Source of the DNA: Pseudoxanthomonas sp.
GTDB lineage: Bacteria; Pseudomonadota; Gammaproteobacteria; Xanthomonadales; Xanthomonadaceae
Assembly (NCBI GenBank): GCA_040508175.1
Contig: JBEVNH010000083.1
Location: forward strand, 1 to 49,253
Length of the DNA stretch: 49,253 nt
Direction: 5' to 3'
Below, one piece after another: positions 9,831 through 19,075 of this stretch (its first letter is position 1; the number at the start of each line of letters is the position of its first letter). Made by a program: the position numbers and the translations under genes. Under the pieces are notes generated by a model. That model searched no databases. It saw nothing but the letters and a program-made list of their open reading frames with translations, and was not told the DNA's origin.

Positions 9831-12323
9831 TCAGATCGGCTCGCCCGGCGGGATGCGCAGGTCGTATCGGCCGCTTTCCAACAAGGCATTAATCTTCTGC
9901 GGATGGGTGATCAGTTCGGCCAGCCAGGCTTCGTGCGAGGCCTGCGCGCTGTCGCCGGACCTGGACTTGGACAGGCGCGTGCCGAGTTTGGCCAGCTGCG
10001 TATTGACCACGGCCAGCGCAGTTGGCGAGAGCACGGCATCGCCGCGGCCCATGATGGCGCCTGGGGTTGAATCCAGCGATACGCCGTTGGCGTGGCGGGC
10101 CAGCATCAGCACCGCGCGCAGCTGCACGCGACGCGCGGCCTCGCGCTCGGCCTGGCTGCTGCCGCTGCGGGAAAACACCACGTCCAGGGTGTGGCCCAGC
10201 ATCTGTGCCAGCGGCAGGGGATCGGCATCGCGGGCTTCGGCGTCGACCAGGCGGTTCAGGCGCTCGGGCGCGAACAGGGCGGCGAGCGTGACATCCGCGG
10301 CGGTCTCGGCGGCGACACCGGCATCGAAGCTGCGGCCCATGCGGCTGGAGAACACTTCCACCGCATCCTGCGGGTCGGTGCCGCCGGTCTGCTGCGCGGC
10401 CAGCAGGTGCAGCAGCTCGGGGCGCAGCACCAGCTCGGCCGGTGCGACGGTGTCCAGCAGCGTGTCCAGCGCGGTGCGCTGCACGGCGGCGGGCACCGGC
10501 TGGAAGTGCGCTTCATCACCACCGCCCTTGACCGGGTAGCCGAAGTCCACGCCGCCGACCAGCTTGGCCGTGGCCGCGACCTGGTAGCGGTGATAGAGGT
10601 ACAGCGGCACCAGCCGGCGGCGCAGCTCGGTCACCGCCGCGCCATTGGGCAGGTTGGGCAGGCCGAAGCGCGACAAGCCAATGCGACGCACGGCCATGAT
10701 GTGCTTCAGCTCTTCGGCCGGGTCGTCGCCGTTATCCCAGGAGCTGTCGAAGGGATGGCCGGTGGCGTCGGAGCGGCCGTCGATGTCGGCGCGGAAGCGC
10801 AGGCGCGCGTAGCCGGCATCGATGCGCTGCTGCAGGCCTTGTTCGTCGCCGTAGAGCGCGTCGATGGAGAACGTGTCCCACGCGCCGATGCCCGTGGCAT
10901 AGGCACGGCTGAAGTCGAGTTGCTCCCCCTGGATGTCGACCTGTGCGGTGGGGTAATCCATCACCGAGCTGCGGTCCTGGCTGCTGGCGGCGAAGTTGTG
11001 CTGGAAGCCGAGCGCATGGCCGACCTCGTGCGCGGCCAGCTGGCGTGCGCGTGCCAGCGCGATCTGCACCGGATCATTGGAGCCGCCCTTGCCGGTATTG
11101 CCGACGCCGAGCAGGCCTTCGAACATGATGATGTTCTGGCGGATGCGCTGGGAGCCCAGCAGCACCGAGCCACGGACGATCTCGCCGGTGCGCGGGTCGT
11201 TGACCTGCTGGCCGAACGACCAGCTGCGGGTCATGCGGTGCGTCCAGAAGATCACGTTGTAGCGCGCGTCCATCGGGTCGGCATCGGCCGGCAGCACTTC
11301 CACGCGATAGGCATCAAGGTAGCCGGCCGCCTCGAAGGCCTGCTTCCACCAGTTGGCGCCTTCCACCAACGCGCCGCGGATCGGCTCGGGCGCGGAGTTA
11401 TCCACGTAGAACACGATGGGCTTCTTGACCTTGGACGGCGCCGGGCCGGGATTGATCTTTTCCAGCCGGAAGCGGCGCGCCAGGCGCGTGACCAGCGGCT
11501 GCCCCAGCGGCGCGGAGAAGTCGGTGACCAGGATGTCGTTCTCCGCCGCGCGCGGGTCGAACTTGCGCGTGGTGTAGCCGAGATCGGGCAGGCGGATGAA
11601 GCTGTGGCGCAAGGTCACGGTCAAGGCGCTGGGATCGGCCAGCAGGCTGCGCATCTCGCCGCTGGGCGCGTCGTTGCCGAAGGTGAACATCGCCTCCAGT
11701 TCCAAGTTTTCCGGGAAGGCCTTGGCGGTCTGCGGGATCGCCATGGTCAGCGCCGGCATCGGCTTGAACTTGCCCTGGCCGGAGCGGTTGAGGCTGCTCA
11801 ACATGCCCCAGGCGTCGTAGGTCAGCAGGCCGGAGATATCCACGGTGACGCTGCCATCGGCCGCGGTGCTGGCGATCTCGCCGGCCCACACCGCCGAATC
11901 GGCGAAGGCGGTATTGGCGGCCTTCAATTCCTCCGGCGAACCGCTGCCGGTGAAGGTGATGTTCTGGTAGCTCGCCACCACCTTGCCGCCGATGCGGCGG
12001 AACACCAGCAGGCGGCTAGGACCGAACTGGCCGCGGTCCAGGCGCGTCATCGCCGACCCCGCGCCCTCGGCCATGATGGTGTGGTGGATCACGCGCGCCA
12101 TGACGCCGTCGGCGTCGGCCTTGGGCAGCTGGATGAAGACGTGCCCGCCCTTGTCATCGGCATACACCGGGAACAGGCCGTCGAGCTTGCGATAGCCCGC
12201 CGTTGAAAAGGCCGATGCCGCACCGGCGGCAGCCGTCGTCGCCACGCCGGGCGATGCGCTTACAGCAAGCGCGGGTAGGGCGAGCGCGGCCGCCAGCATC
12301 AGGCAGAGGGGCGTGTGTTTCAT
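9831..12323 (-). CDS. Exported zinc-dependent metalloprotease (metzincin; DUF5117/DUF4953 EcxA-like)
   Basis: Signal peptide MKHTPLCLMLAAALALPALA, HEVGHALGFQH (HExxHxxGxxH), Met-turn SSVMDYP, KPIVFYVD, DPRTGEI. The ORF-track extension to 12767 overlaps the upstream gene. Confidence 0.9.
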   Translation of the reverse strand: MKHTPLCLMLAAALALPALAVSASPGVATTAAAGAASAFSTAGYRKLDGLFPVYADDKGGHVFIQLPKADADGVMARVIHHTIMAEGAGSAMTRLDRGQFGPSRLLVFRRIGGKVVASYQNITFTGSGSPEELKAANTAFADSAVWAGEIASTAADGSVTVDISGLLTYDAWGMLSSLNRSGQGKFKPMPALTMAIPQTAKAFPENLELEAMFTFGNDAPSGEMRSLLADPSALTVTLRHSFIRLPDLGYTTRKFDPRAAENDILVTDFSAPLGQPLVTRLARRFRLEKINPGPAPSKVKKPIVFYVDNSAPEPIRGALVEGANWWKQAFEAAGYLDAYRVEVLPADADPMDARYNVIFWTHRMTRSWSFGQQVNDPRTGEIVRGSVLLGSQRIRQNIIMFEGLLGVGNTGKGGSNDPVQIALARARQLAAHEVGHALGFQHNFAASSQDRSSVMDYPTAQVDIQGEQLDFSRAYATGIGAWDTFSIDALYGDEQGLQQRIDAGYARLRFRADIDGRSDATGHPFDSSWDNGDDPAEELKHIMAVRRIGLSRFGLPNLPNGAAVTELRRRLVPLYLYHRYQVAATAKLVGGVDFGYPVKGGGDEAHFQPVPAAVQRTALDTLLDTVAPAELVLRPELLHLLAAQQTGGTDPQDAVEVFSSRMGRSFDAGVAAETAADVTLAALFAPERLNRLVDAEARDADPLPLAQMLGHTLDVVFSRSGSSQAEREAARRVQLRAVLMLARHANGVSLDSTPGAIMGRGDAVLSPTALAVVNTQLAKLGTRLSKSRSGDSAQASHEAWLAELITHPQKINALLESGRYDLRIPPGEPI

Positions 12324-12376
12324 CGTGTGGCTCCGGGGCGTGCGAAAGCGGTGGAAGAGATGACGTGCATGCGGGC

Positions 12377-13957
12377 TTATTCCTTCGGTGCCAGCGTCGG
12401 GTACTTGATGCCCAACTGCTCCAGGTAGGTGTCGTAGCGCTTGGCGTCGTAGTAGTACGGCACCATCTTCGGCCGCATGCGCTCCATCAGGTCGGCGTTG
12501 AGGTGGATGGCCGGCTGGTCCTGCGGCGTGAGCACCGGGTCGTACTTGCGGTCCTTCAGCTGCACGGTATTGAAGTAGTCCTTGGCCGAGGCGACCAGCG
12601 TTGGCGTGGTCATCAGGTCCAGGATGCTGGTAGCCAGCACCTTGGCGCCATTGACCACGCCCTTGTGCGCGATCGGCGTGGCCATGGCCATGGCCGCGGT
12701 GGTGTGGTGGCCGATGGTGTTGGGGATGTTGGCGGGGAAGAAGATCGTGGTGGTCGGTACCGTCCACATGATGTCGCCGATATCGTCCGAACCACCGCCG
12801 GTGTTGGGGCCACGCGATTCCGGCGTGGAGATCGGCGCGACCTCCGTGGACAGCGGCTTGAGCTTGAAGCCGTTGGTCTGCTGCACGGCCTTGGCGAAGG
12901 CCTGGTCATCGGCGCTCCACTGCGGCATGCCGATGGCCTTGACGTTGGCGTGGATCATCTCGGCCAGCGGCTTGTTGCCATGGTTGGGCGCGGCATAGCC
13001 CAGCACGCGGCGGCTGACGGTGGTCTCGGTGGCCTTGGCGGCGGCTTCGGAGAGGGTGTTGCCGGTGTCGTAGAGGTCGCGGATCTTGTCGAAATCCTGC
13101 TCGCGGAAGTAGTACCAGACCGAGGCCGTGTCCGGGACGATGTTCGGTTGTCCGCCGCCGTTGCTGATGACGTAGTGCGAGCGCTGGGTGACCGGCAGGT
13201 GTTCGCGGCGCATGTTCCAGGCCAGGTTCATCCACTCCACCGCATCCAGCGCACTGCGCCCGGCCCAGGGCGAACCGGCCGAATGCGCGGTCTTGCCCTT
13301 GAAGGTGTATTCCACCGAGACCATGCCGCTGAGCATGTCGCCCCAGGCGATGCGGTAGTCGCTGGACACGTGGGTAAAGATGGACGCATCCACGCCCTTG
13401 AACATGCCGGCGCGCACGTAGAAGGCCTTGGTGGCCAGCAGTTCCTCGGCCACGCCCGGCCAGATCATCAGCCGGCCCTTGATGCCCTGCTTTTGCATGA
13501 CGTCCTTGGCGGCCAGCGCAGCGACGACCACCAGCGGCATGCCGGAGTTGTGGCCTTCGCCGTGTCCGGGTGCGGCTTCCACCTGCGGCTTCTGGTGGGG
13601 AATGCCCGGCACCTGCGACAGGCCGAGCAGGCCGTCGATATCGCTGCCCAGCGCAATGAGCGGACCGCCGCTGCCCCAGGTCGCGGTCCACGCGGTGGGA
13701 ATCCCCGCGACGCCCTTGGTGATGGTGAAGCCATTGGCCTTGAGGATGTCGGTGACGTACTCGGACGTGCGGACTTCCTGGAAGCCCGGCTCGGCGAAGC
13801 TGTAGATCGAGTCGGTCATCTGTTGCGCCAGCTTGGCGCGCTGGTCGACGCCGGCGATCGCCGCCTGCTTGAGGGTGGCGCTGGCCTGCGCGTGGACGTG
13901 GTGAAGGGGCGCCAGGCACAGCGCCAGGGCAAGGGCGAGAGAGGTCTTGGTCTGCAC
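12377..13957 (-). CDS. Exported M20 family amidohydrolase (AbgB-like), paralog 2
   Basis: Signal peptide, SFAEPGFQE, GHGEGHN, GVAEE, KTAHSAGSPWAGRSALDA, GGSDDIGDI. Confidence 0.9.
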   Translation of the reverse strand: MQTKTSLALALALCLAPLHHVHAQASATLKQAAIAGVDQRAKLAQQMTDSIYSFAEPGFQEVRTSEYVTDILKANGFTITKGVAGIPTAWTATWGSGGPLIALGSDIDGLLGLSQVPGIPHQKPQVEAAPGHGEGHNSGMPLVVVAALAAKDVMQKQGIKGRLMIWPGVAEELLATKAFYVRAGMFKGVDASIFTHVSSDYRIAWGDMLSGMVSVEYTFKGKTAHSAGSPWAGRSALDAVEWMNLAWNMRREHLPVTQRSHYVISNGGGQPNIVPDTASVWYYFREQDFDKIRDLYDTGNTLSEAAAKATETTVSRRVLGYAAPNHGNKPLAEMIHANVKAIGMPQWSADDQAFAKAVQQTNGFKLKPLSTEVAPISTPESRGPNTGGGSDDIGDIMWTVPTTTIFFPANIPNTIGHHTTAAMAMATPIAHKGVVNGAKVLATSILDLMTTPTLVASAKDYFNTVQLKDRKYDPVLTPQDQPAIHLNADLMERMRPKMVPYYYDAKRYDTYLEQLGIKYPTLAPKE

Positions 13958-13996
13958 GATCCGGTTCCGAATGAGGGGAGAAGAGAGCCCTCGGGC

Positions 13997-15589
13997 TCAG
14001 CGCTTGGGCGTGGCGTCGAGCGTGGGGTACTTGATCCCCAGCTGTTCCAGGTAGGAGCCGTAGCGCTTGGCGTCGTAGTACAGCGGCGCCATCTTCGGCC
14101 GCATGCGCTCCATCACCTCGGCATTGAGGTGGATCGCCGGCTGGTCCTGCGCGGTGAGCACCGGGTCGTACTTACGGTCCTTCAGCTGCACGGTGTTGAA
14201 GTAGTCCTTGGCCGAGGCGATCAGCTCGGGCTTGGTCATCAGGTCCAGCACGGTGCTGGACAGCACTTCGGCGCCGGTGACCACGCCCTTGTGCGCGATC
14301 GGCGTGGCCATGGCCATGGCCGAGGTGATGTGGTGGCCGATGGTGTTGGGGATGTTGGACGGGAAGCGGATAGTGATGGTCGGCACCGTCCACATGATGT
14401 CGCCGATATCATCCGAGCCACCGCCGGTGGAGGGTTTGCGCGTGTCCGGCGTGGAGATCGGCGTGACCTCGGTGGCCAGCGGCTGCAGCTTGAAGCCGTT
14501 GGCTTGCTGCACGGCCTTGGCGAAGGCCTGGTCATCGGCGCTCCACTGCGGCATGCCGATGGCCTGCATGTTGGCAAAGGCCGCTTCGGCCAGCGGCTTG
14601 TTGCCGTGGTTGGGTGCGGCATACCCCAGCACCTTGCGGGTGACCGTGGTGCCGGTGGCCATGGCCGCCGCTTCTGAAATGGTGTTGCCGGTCTGGTAGA
14701 GGTCGCGGATCTTGTCGAAATCCTGCTCGCGGAAGTAGTACCAGACCGAAGCGACGTCGGGGACGATGTTCGGCTGCCCGCCACCATGGGTGATGACGTA
14801 GTGCGAGCGTTGCGTGATTGGCAGGTGCTCGCGGCGCATGTTCCATCCGGCGTTCATCAGCTCCACCGCATCCAGTGCGCTGCGCCCGTCCCACGGCATG
14901 CCGGCTGAGTGCGCGGTCTTGCCGTGGAAGGTGTATTCCACCGAGACCATGCCGTTGTTGCCCGAGTCGCCCCAGGAAGTGCTCATGTCCTTGGCCACGT
15001 GGGTGAAGATCGAGGCATCCACGTCCTTGAACATGCCGGCGCGCACGTAGAACGCCTTGGTGGCCAGCAGTTCCTCGGCCACGCCCGGCCACAGCATCAG
15101 CCGGCCTTTGATGCCGTGCTTCTGCATGACGTCCTTGGCCGAGAGTGCGGCCACTACCACCAGTGGCATGCCGGAGTTGTGGCCCTCGCCATGGCCCGGT
15201 GCGCCTTCGACCTGCGGCTTCTGGTCGGGAATGCCCGGTACCTGCGACAGGCCGAGCAGCGCATCGATGTCGCTGCCCAGTGCGATCAGCGGACCGCCGC
15301 TGCCCCAGGTCGCCGTCCACGCGGTCGGGATGCCGGCCACGCCCTTGGTGATGGTGAAGCCGTTTTCTTTCAGGATGTCGGTGATGTATTCGGAAGTGTG
15401 CACTTCCTGGAAGCCCGGCTCGGCGAAGCTGTAGATCGCGTCGGTCATCTGTTGCGCCAACTTGGCGCGTTGCTTCACGCCGGCGACGGCTTCGGCTTTC
15501 AGGACGGCAGTGTCGGCGGCGTGCGCGGTGCCGGCACAGGCCAGCAGCAGGGCCAGCGACAGGGCGTGGCGATGCAGGGACAGGGTCAT
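13997..15589 (-). CDS. Exported M20 family amidohydrolase (AbgB-like), paralog 1
   Basis: Same motifs as the downstream paralog; signal peptide ending AHA. Confidence 0.9.
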   Translation of the reverse strand: MTLSLHRHALSLALLLACAGTAHAADTAVLKAEAVAGVKQRAKLAQQMTDAIYSFAEPGFQEVHTSEYITDILKENGFTITKGVAGIPTAWTATWGSGGPLIALGSDIDALLGLSQVPGIPDQKPQVEGAPGHGEGHNSGMPLVVVAALSAKDVMQKHGIKGRLMLWPGVAEELLATKAFYVRAGMFKDVDASIFTHVAKDMSTSWGDSGNNGMVSVEYTFHGKTAHSAGMPWDGRSALDAVELMNAGWNMRREHLPITQRSHYVITHGGGQPNIVPDVASVWYYFREQDFDKIRDLYQTGNTISEAAAMATGTTVTRKVLGYAAPNHGNKPLAEAAFANMQAIGMPQWSADDQAFAKAVQQANGFKLQPLATEVTPISTPDTRKPSTGGGSDDIGDIMWTVPTITIRFPSNIPNTIGHHITSAMAMATPIAHKGVVTGAEVLSSTVLDLMTKPELIASAKDYFNTVQLKDRKYDPVLTAQDQPAIHLNAEVMERMRPKMAPLYYDAKRYGSYLEQLGIKYPTLDATPKR

Positions 15590-15612
15590 CGGTTGCTTCC
15601 TTGTGCGAAGAC

Positions 15613-15640
15613 GACGACGGGAGCGCGTGCTCCCGTCGTC
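15613..15640 (-). other. Intergenic 12-bp stem hairpin after the TBDR stop (mRNA stabiliser or partial terminator)
   Basis: GACGACGGGAGC-gcgt-GCTCCCGTCGTC between the TBDR and the amidohydrolase, with no strong U tract. Confidence 0.55.
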
Positions 15641-15651
15641 ATGGGCGGTGC

Positions 15652-18516
15652 TTAGAACTCAAAACGCAGGCCGGCGCGATAGGTACGGCCCAGGCGATCG
15701 CCGATGGTGCTGACGTAGGCCACGGTGTTGTCGTTGGGGCCGGTGCCGCCACCGACCAGCGTCGGGTCTGTATCGAACAGGTTGCCGATGTTGAAGAACG
15801 CCTCGAACTGCACGTTGCCCATGCTGATCTTGCGGGTCGCGCCGATGTCCACGTACATCTTGGCGTCGATCGTGTTGTCGCTGATCGTGCGATAGCCGGT
15901 GGGCAGCGTAGCCGGATCCGGGCAGTTGACCTGGCACTCGATGTATTGCGTGCTGCGCACGGGATCACTGGTGCCACGCAGCGTCGCGAACCAGCGCCAG
16001 GCCTCGGTGCTGTAGACGGCATTGAGGCGATAGATCCAGTCCGGCGTGGTCGTGCTGCCCGCCAGCTCCGTCACCAGGGTGCCGTCGTCGGTGGAGTTCT
16101 CCAGATAACGGGTGGCCAACAGGCGCAGGTTCAAGTTGCCTGGACCCAATGGCACGCTGTAGGAAGCCTCCACGTCAAACCCGCGCGAGCGCTGGAAATT
16201 CACGTTCTGGTAGCCGGTGGTGACGTTGAACGGCACCGCCGCACCCGGATCGTAAGCGATGTTGTCGCAGTACTGCTGCACGCCCTGTTCCAGGCAGTAC
16301 CGATAGGTCTGGTCAACCGTGACCAGCGCCATGACGCCTTCGATCTCGATGTCGTAGTAATCCACCGAGGCCGAGAAGCCTGGCAGAAAGCGTGGCGCGA
16401 ACACCACGCCGACACCATAGGACTTGGCTTCCTCCGGCACCAGTTCCTTGTTGCCGATGGAGTTCTCGTAGTACGGGTAGCCACCGGCATCGTTCCAACC
16501 CCAAGGGTTGGACGCGTACTGGAAGTTGTGCGAGTTCTGCCGCGAGGTGCCGGCAGCGAACCACTCCTGCATGTTCGGCGCACGGATGTCGCGCGAGACC
16601 GTGCCGCGCAGGGTGATGTCCTCGATCGGGCTGTAGACGGCGCCGAGCTTCCAGGTCGTGACCTCACCGGACAGCTCGTAATCGGTGAAGCGTGCCGCCG
16701 CATTGAGGTCGAGCCCCTTGAACACCGGGATGACGGTCTCGACGAAGGCTTCGGACACGTCGTACTCACCGAAGGTCGGCTTGAAGTTGCCGAACTGCCA
16801 GCCGCTGGCCCACTGCGGATCGACATAGCCGCTGAGTTTCTCGGTGCGGGTTTCCGCACCGAGCGCCAGCGAGATGTCGCCGGCCCAGCCAGGGATCTCG
16901 TTGGTGCGCAAGGTGACCGCTGCGACGCGCTGTTCGAACTTCTGCTCGCGTGTCGGCTGGCCGAGCACGTAGTCCAGCGCCTCCTGGCTGTTCACGCCGA
17001 TACCCATCGGGTTGTACGGCACGCAGCCATCGGCCGGGTTGGTCAACGTCGAGCGGCAGACGATGCTGCCTGCTCCATCGCGTACGGCGTCCACCGCGCC
17101 GATCAGCCGCGACACGTGCAGCGTCGGGGTCAGGCGCTCGTCGGCTTCGGTGACGCCATACTGGTAATACGCATCCCAATCCCAGTGCTTGCCGATGAAC
17201 TGGAACGTGCCGTCTCCACCAACCACGAAGCGCTTGGTCTCGCGTTCCATGTTGCTGCCATGCTGCGGCAGGTCCGCCAGCTGCGAGCCCAGATTGAAGC
17301 TGGTGGCGCCGGCGGCCGCCAGCTGCGAGGCCAGCTCGGGCGCGAGGAAGGCGTTATCCGAGCGGATGGTGAAGGTGCGCGTGGGGCGCACGTAGTAGCT
17401 CAGGCCCTTGTACTTGGCGTAGGACGCCTGCGCGTAGATTTCCGCATTCTCCGCCACCCAGTAGCTGGCGCGGCCGAACACGCTGTCGCGCTCGTCGTCG
17501 GCCTGCAGCGAGTTGCTCATGTAGTTGCCACGCGGGTCCATGGTGATGGCGGTATCGCCACCCTGCATGTAAGCACCGTTGCCGAACGGCGTGCCGTAGT
17601 TCAGCGCGCCGTAGGCGCCGCCATCGGTGAAGTAGGTGCCGGCCAGCGGGCCGTTGGTGATCAGGCCGCCGGGTGCAGTGGTGCGCCAGCCCAGGTCGCT
17701 GCCCATGATCAACTGCGGCCCGCCGGCGGCGATGGACGCCGTGCTGTTCTGCGCGCCATAAAAGCCTGTGCGCGCCCAGTCGCGCGCATCCAGCGAGGCG
17801 ATGCCATCCTGTCGCACGCTTTCCGCGCTGAGCAGCACGTGGCCATCGCCATCGCCGAAGCTCCAGCCACCGGTCAGGTTGAACTTGGTGTTGTTGGCAT
17901 CGCCGTCTTCGGTCTGCCCGTATTCGGCCGCGCCTTTCACCCCGGTGTAGTAGCGGTCCAGGATGTAGTTCACCACGCCGCCCACCGCATCTGATCCGTA
18001 TGCCGCGGATGCGCCGCCGGTGACCACTTCCACTTGGCGGATCAGTGACTGCGGGAAGGTATTGGTATCGACCAGGCCGGTCGCACTGGACGGCACCGAG
18101 CGTTGTCCATCCAGCAGCACCAGCGTGCGGTTGGCACCGAGACCGCGAAGCGCGTTGGTGCTGATGCCGGCCAGGCCGGTGCTGAGAAAGCCCGCGCTTG
18201 AGCTTGAAGTCGCACCGCCCGAGGCCGATGGCAGCGTGCGCACGAACTCGGCGATATCCGCCGGAGCTTGCGCCTTGATCTCTTCCTGGCCCAGCACGTT
18301 GGTGGGCGTCGGTGCGCTGTAGCCGTCACGGGCGACGCGTGTGCCGGTGGGCGGCGCCTTGATGGAGACCGCATCGAGTTGGGTCGGGGAGCTGGCCTGT
18401 TGCGGGCCGCCGGCGCCCGCGCCAGCCTCCTGTGCCAGCGTGGGGAGTGGCAGCAGCGCCGCCGCGATGGCAGAGACCAGCAGACAGCGACGGGACGTTC
18501 GTGGGGACCTGTTCAA
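15652..18516 (-). CDS. TonB-dependent receptor
   Basis: Probable TTG start at 18516 behind AGGAG, signal peptide ending TLA, plug motifs LRGLGANRTLVLLDG and VEVVTGGASAAYGSDAVGGVVN, C-terminal RFEF. Confidence 0.92.
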   Translation of the reverse strand: MNRSPRTSRRCLLVSAIAAALLPLPTLAQEAGAGAGGPQQASSPTQLDAVSIKAPPTGTRVARDGYSAPTPTNVLGQEEIKAQAPADIAEFVRTLPSASGGATSSSSAGFLSTGLAGISTNALRGLGANRTLVLLDGQRSVPSSATGLVDTNTFPQSLIRQVEVVTGGASAAYGSDAVGGVVNYILDRYYTGVKGAAEYGQTEDGDANNTKFNLTGGWSFGDGDGHVLLSAESVRQDGIASLDARDWARTGFYGAQNSTASIAAGGPQLIMGSDLGWRTTAPGGLITNGPLAGTYFTDGGAYGALNYGTPFGNGAYMQGGDTAITMDPRGNYMSNSLQADDERDSVFGRASYWVAENAEIYAQASYAKYKGLSYYVRPTRTFTIRSDNAFLAPELASQLAAAGATSFNLGSQLADLPQHGSNMERETKRFVVGGDGTFQFIGKHWDWDAYYQYGVTEADERLTPTLHVSRLIGAVDAVRDGAGSIVCRSTLTNPADGCVPYNPMGIGVNSQEALDYVLGQPTREQKFEQRVAAVTLRTNEIPGWAGDISLALGAETRTEKLSGYVDPQWASGWQFGNFKPTFGEYDVSEAFVETVIPVFKGLDLNAAARFTDYELSGEVTTWKLGAVYSPIEDITLRGTVSRDIRAPNMQEWFAAGTSRQNSHNFQYASNPWGWNDAGGYPYYENSIGNKELVPEEAKSYGVGVVFAPRFLPGFSASVDYYDIEIEGVMALVTVDQTYRYCLEQGVQQYCDNIAYDPGAAVPFNVTTGYQNVNFQRSRGFDVEASYSVPLGPGNLNLRLLATRYLENSTDDGTLVTELAGSTTTPDWIYRLNAVYSTEAWRWFATLRGTSDPVRSTQYIECQVNCPDPATLPTGYRTISDNTIDAKMYVDIGATRKISMGNVQFEAFFNIGNLFDTDPTLVGGGTGPNDNTVAYVSTIGDRLGRTYRAGLRFEF

Positions 18517-18577
18517 GCGGGTGGCTCCTGCGTGTGGGGGGCAGTGCAGTTGGAGAAAGCGAAAGCGACATCCGGTG

Positions 18578-18618
18578 GCCGCCATCGGTGCGTGGGACGC
18601 ACGGATGGCGGCTTTTTT
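18578..18618 (+). terminator. Intrinsic terminator-like hairpin with T6, oriented antisense to the TBDR leader
   Basis: GCCGCCATC-g-GTGCGT-ggg-ACGCAC-g-GATGGCGGC followed by TTTTTT. Confidence 0.5.
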
Positions 18619-18821
18619 GGGCAAGACGTAGCCCTGATCGGTCACGGCAACGTGACCAACATGCAGATCGGCTGCGATGGCCCATGGCGACACCGGATGC
18701 GTGGATCCGCATGCCGGCATGCCTGGTGGCATGGGACTGAATCAGGGCGACGTGGGAAAGCGAGCAGGCTCGATCAAGGCATAGGCGCCACCATCCACTC
18801 ATGGATTCGGGAGGGCGCCCC

Positions 18822-18886
18822 ATCTGTATGTTTGCCTGAGAGCATTACCCCTTTGGCGGCCCGCAGGTGGCGGACTCTTTCCAGAT
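18822..18886 (-). ncRNA. Glycine riboswitch, aptamer 2 (variant)
   Basis: Minus strand reads AUCUG-GAAAGA-GUCCGC/GCGGGC (P2)-CGCCAAAGGGG...CUCUCAGGCAAA...CAGAU (P1 AUCUG/CAGAU). The CUCUCAGG core is intact; CCGAAG appears as CCAAAG. Confidence 0.75.
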
Positions 18887-18985
18887 TTTTCTGCTGGCGG
18901 TAGGGGATGCCATCTTGGATGTTGCATCAACAGATCCCTGTCTGCCCGCGCGATGCCATGCATCTGCATGGTGGTGTCGCACGCA

Positions 18986-19075
18986 TTGCATGCCATGGTC
19001 CTTTTGCCTGAGAGTTTCCGGGGCGGTTGCTCCTTCGGCGTCGGCGTCGAGCCGATCTCTCCCATTCGCATGCAA
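18986..19075 (-). ncRNA. Glycine riboswitch, aptamer 1
   Basis: Minus strand reads UUGCAUGCGAAUGGGAGAGA-UCGGC/GCCGA (P2)-CGCCGAAGGAGCAACCGCCCCGGAAACUCUCAGGCAAAAGGACCAUGGCAUGCAA. This matches the glycine aptamer consensus GGAGAG...CCGAAG...CUCUCAGG, with a long P1. Confidence 0.9.

Noticed and set aside
12324-12767. N-terminal extension of the metalloprotease ORF (978 aa in the track)
   Set aside because: Overlaps the amidohydrolase in another frame; a signal peptide begins at 12323.
10092-17994. Long + strand ORFs (704, 824 and 797 aa)
   Set aside because: Antisense shadows of the protease, amidohydrolases and TBDR. The internal repetition of the 824-aa ORF only mirrors the gene duplication.
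18517-18732. N-terminal extension of the TBDR ORF
   Set aside because: Lies in the structured leader; RBS, TTG and signal peptide start at 18516.
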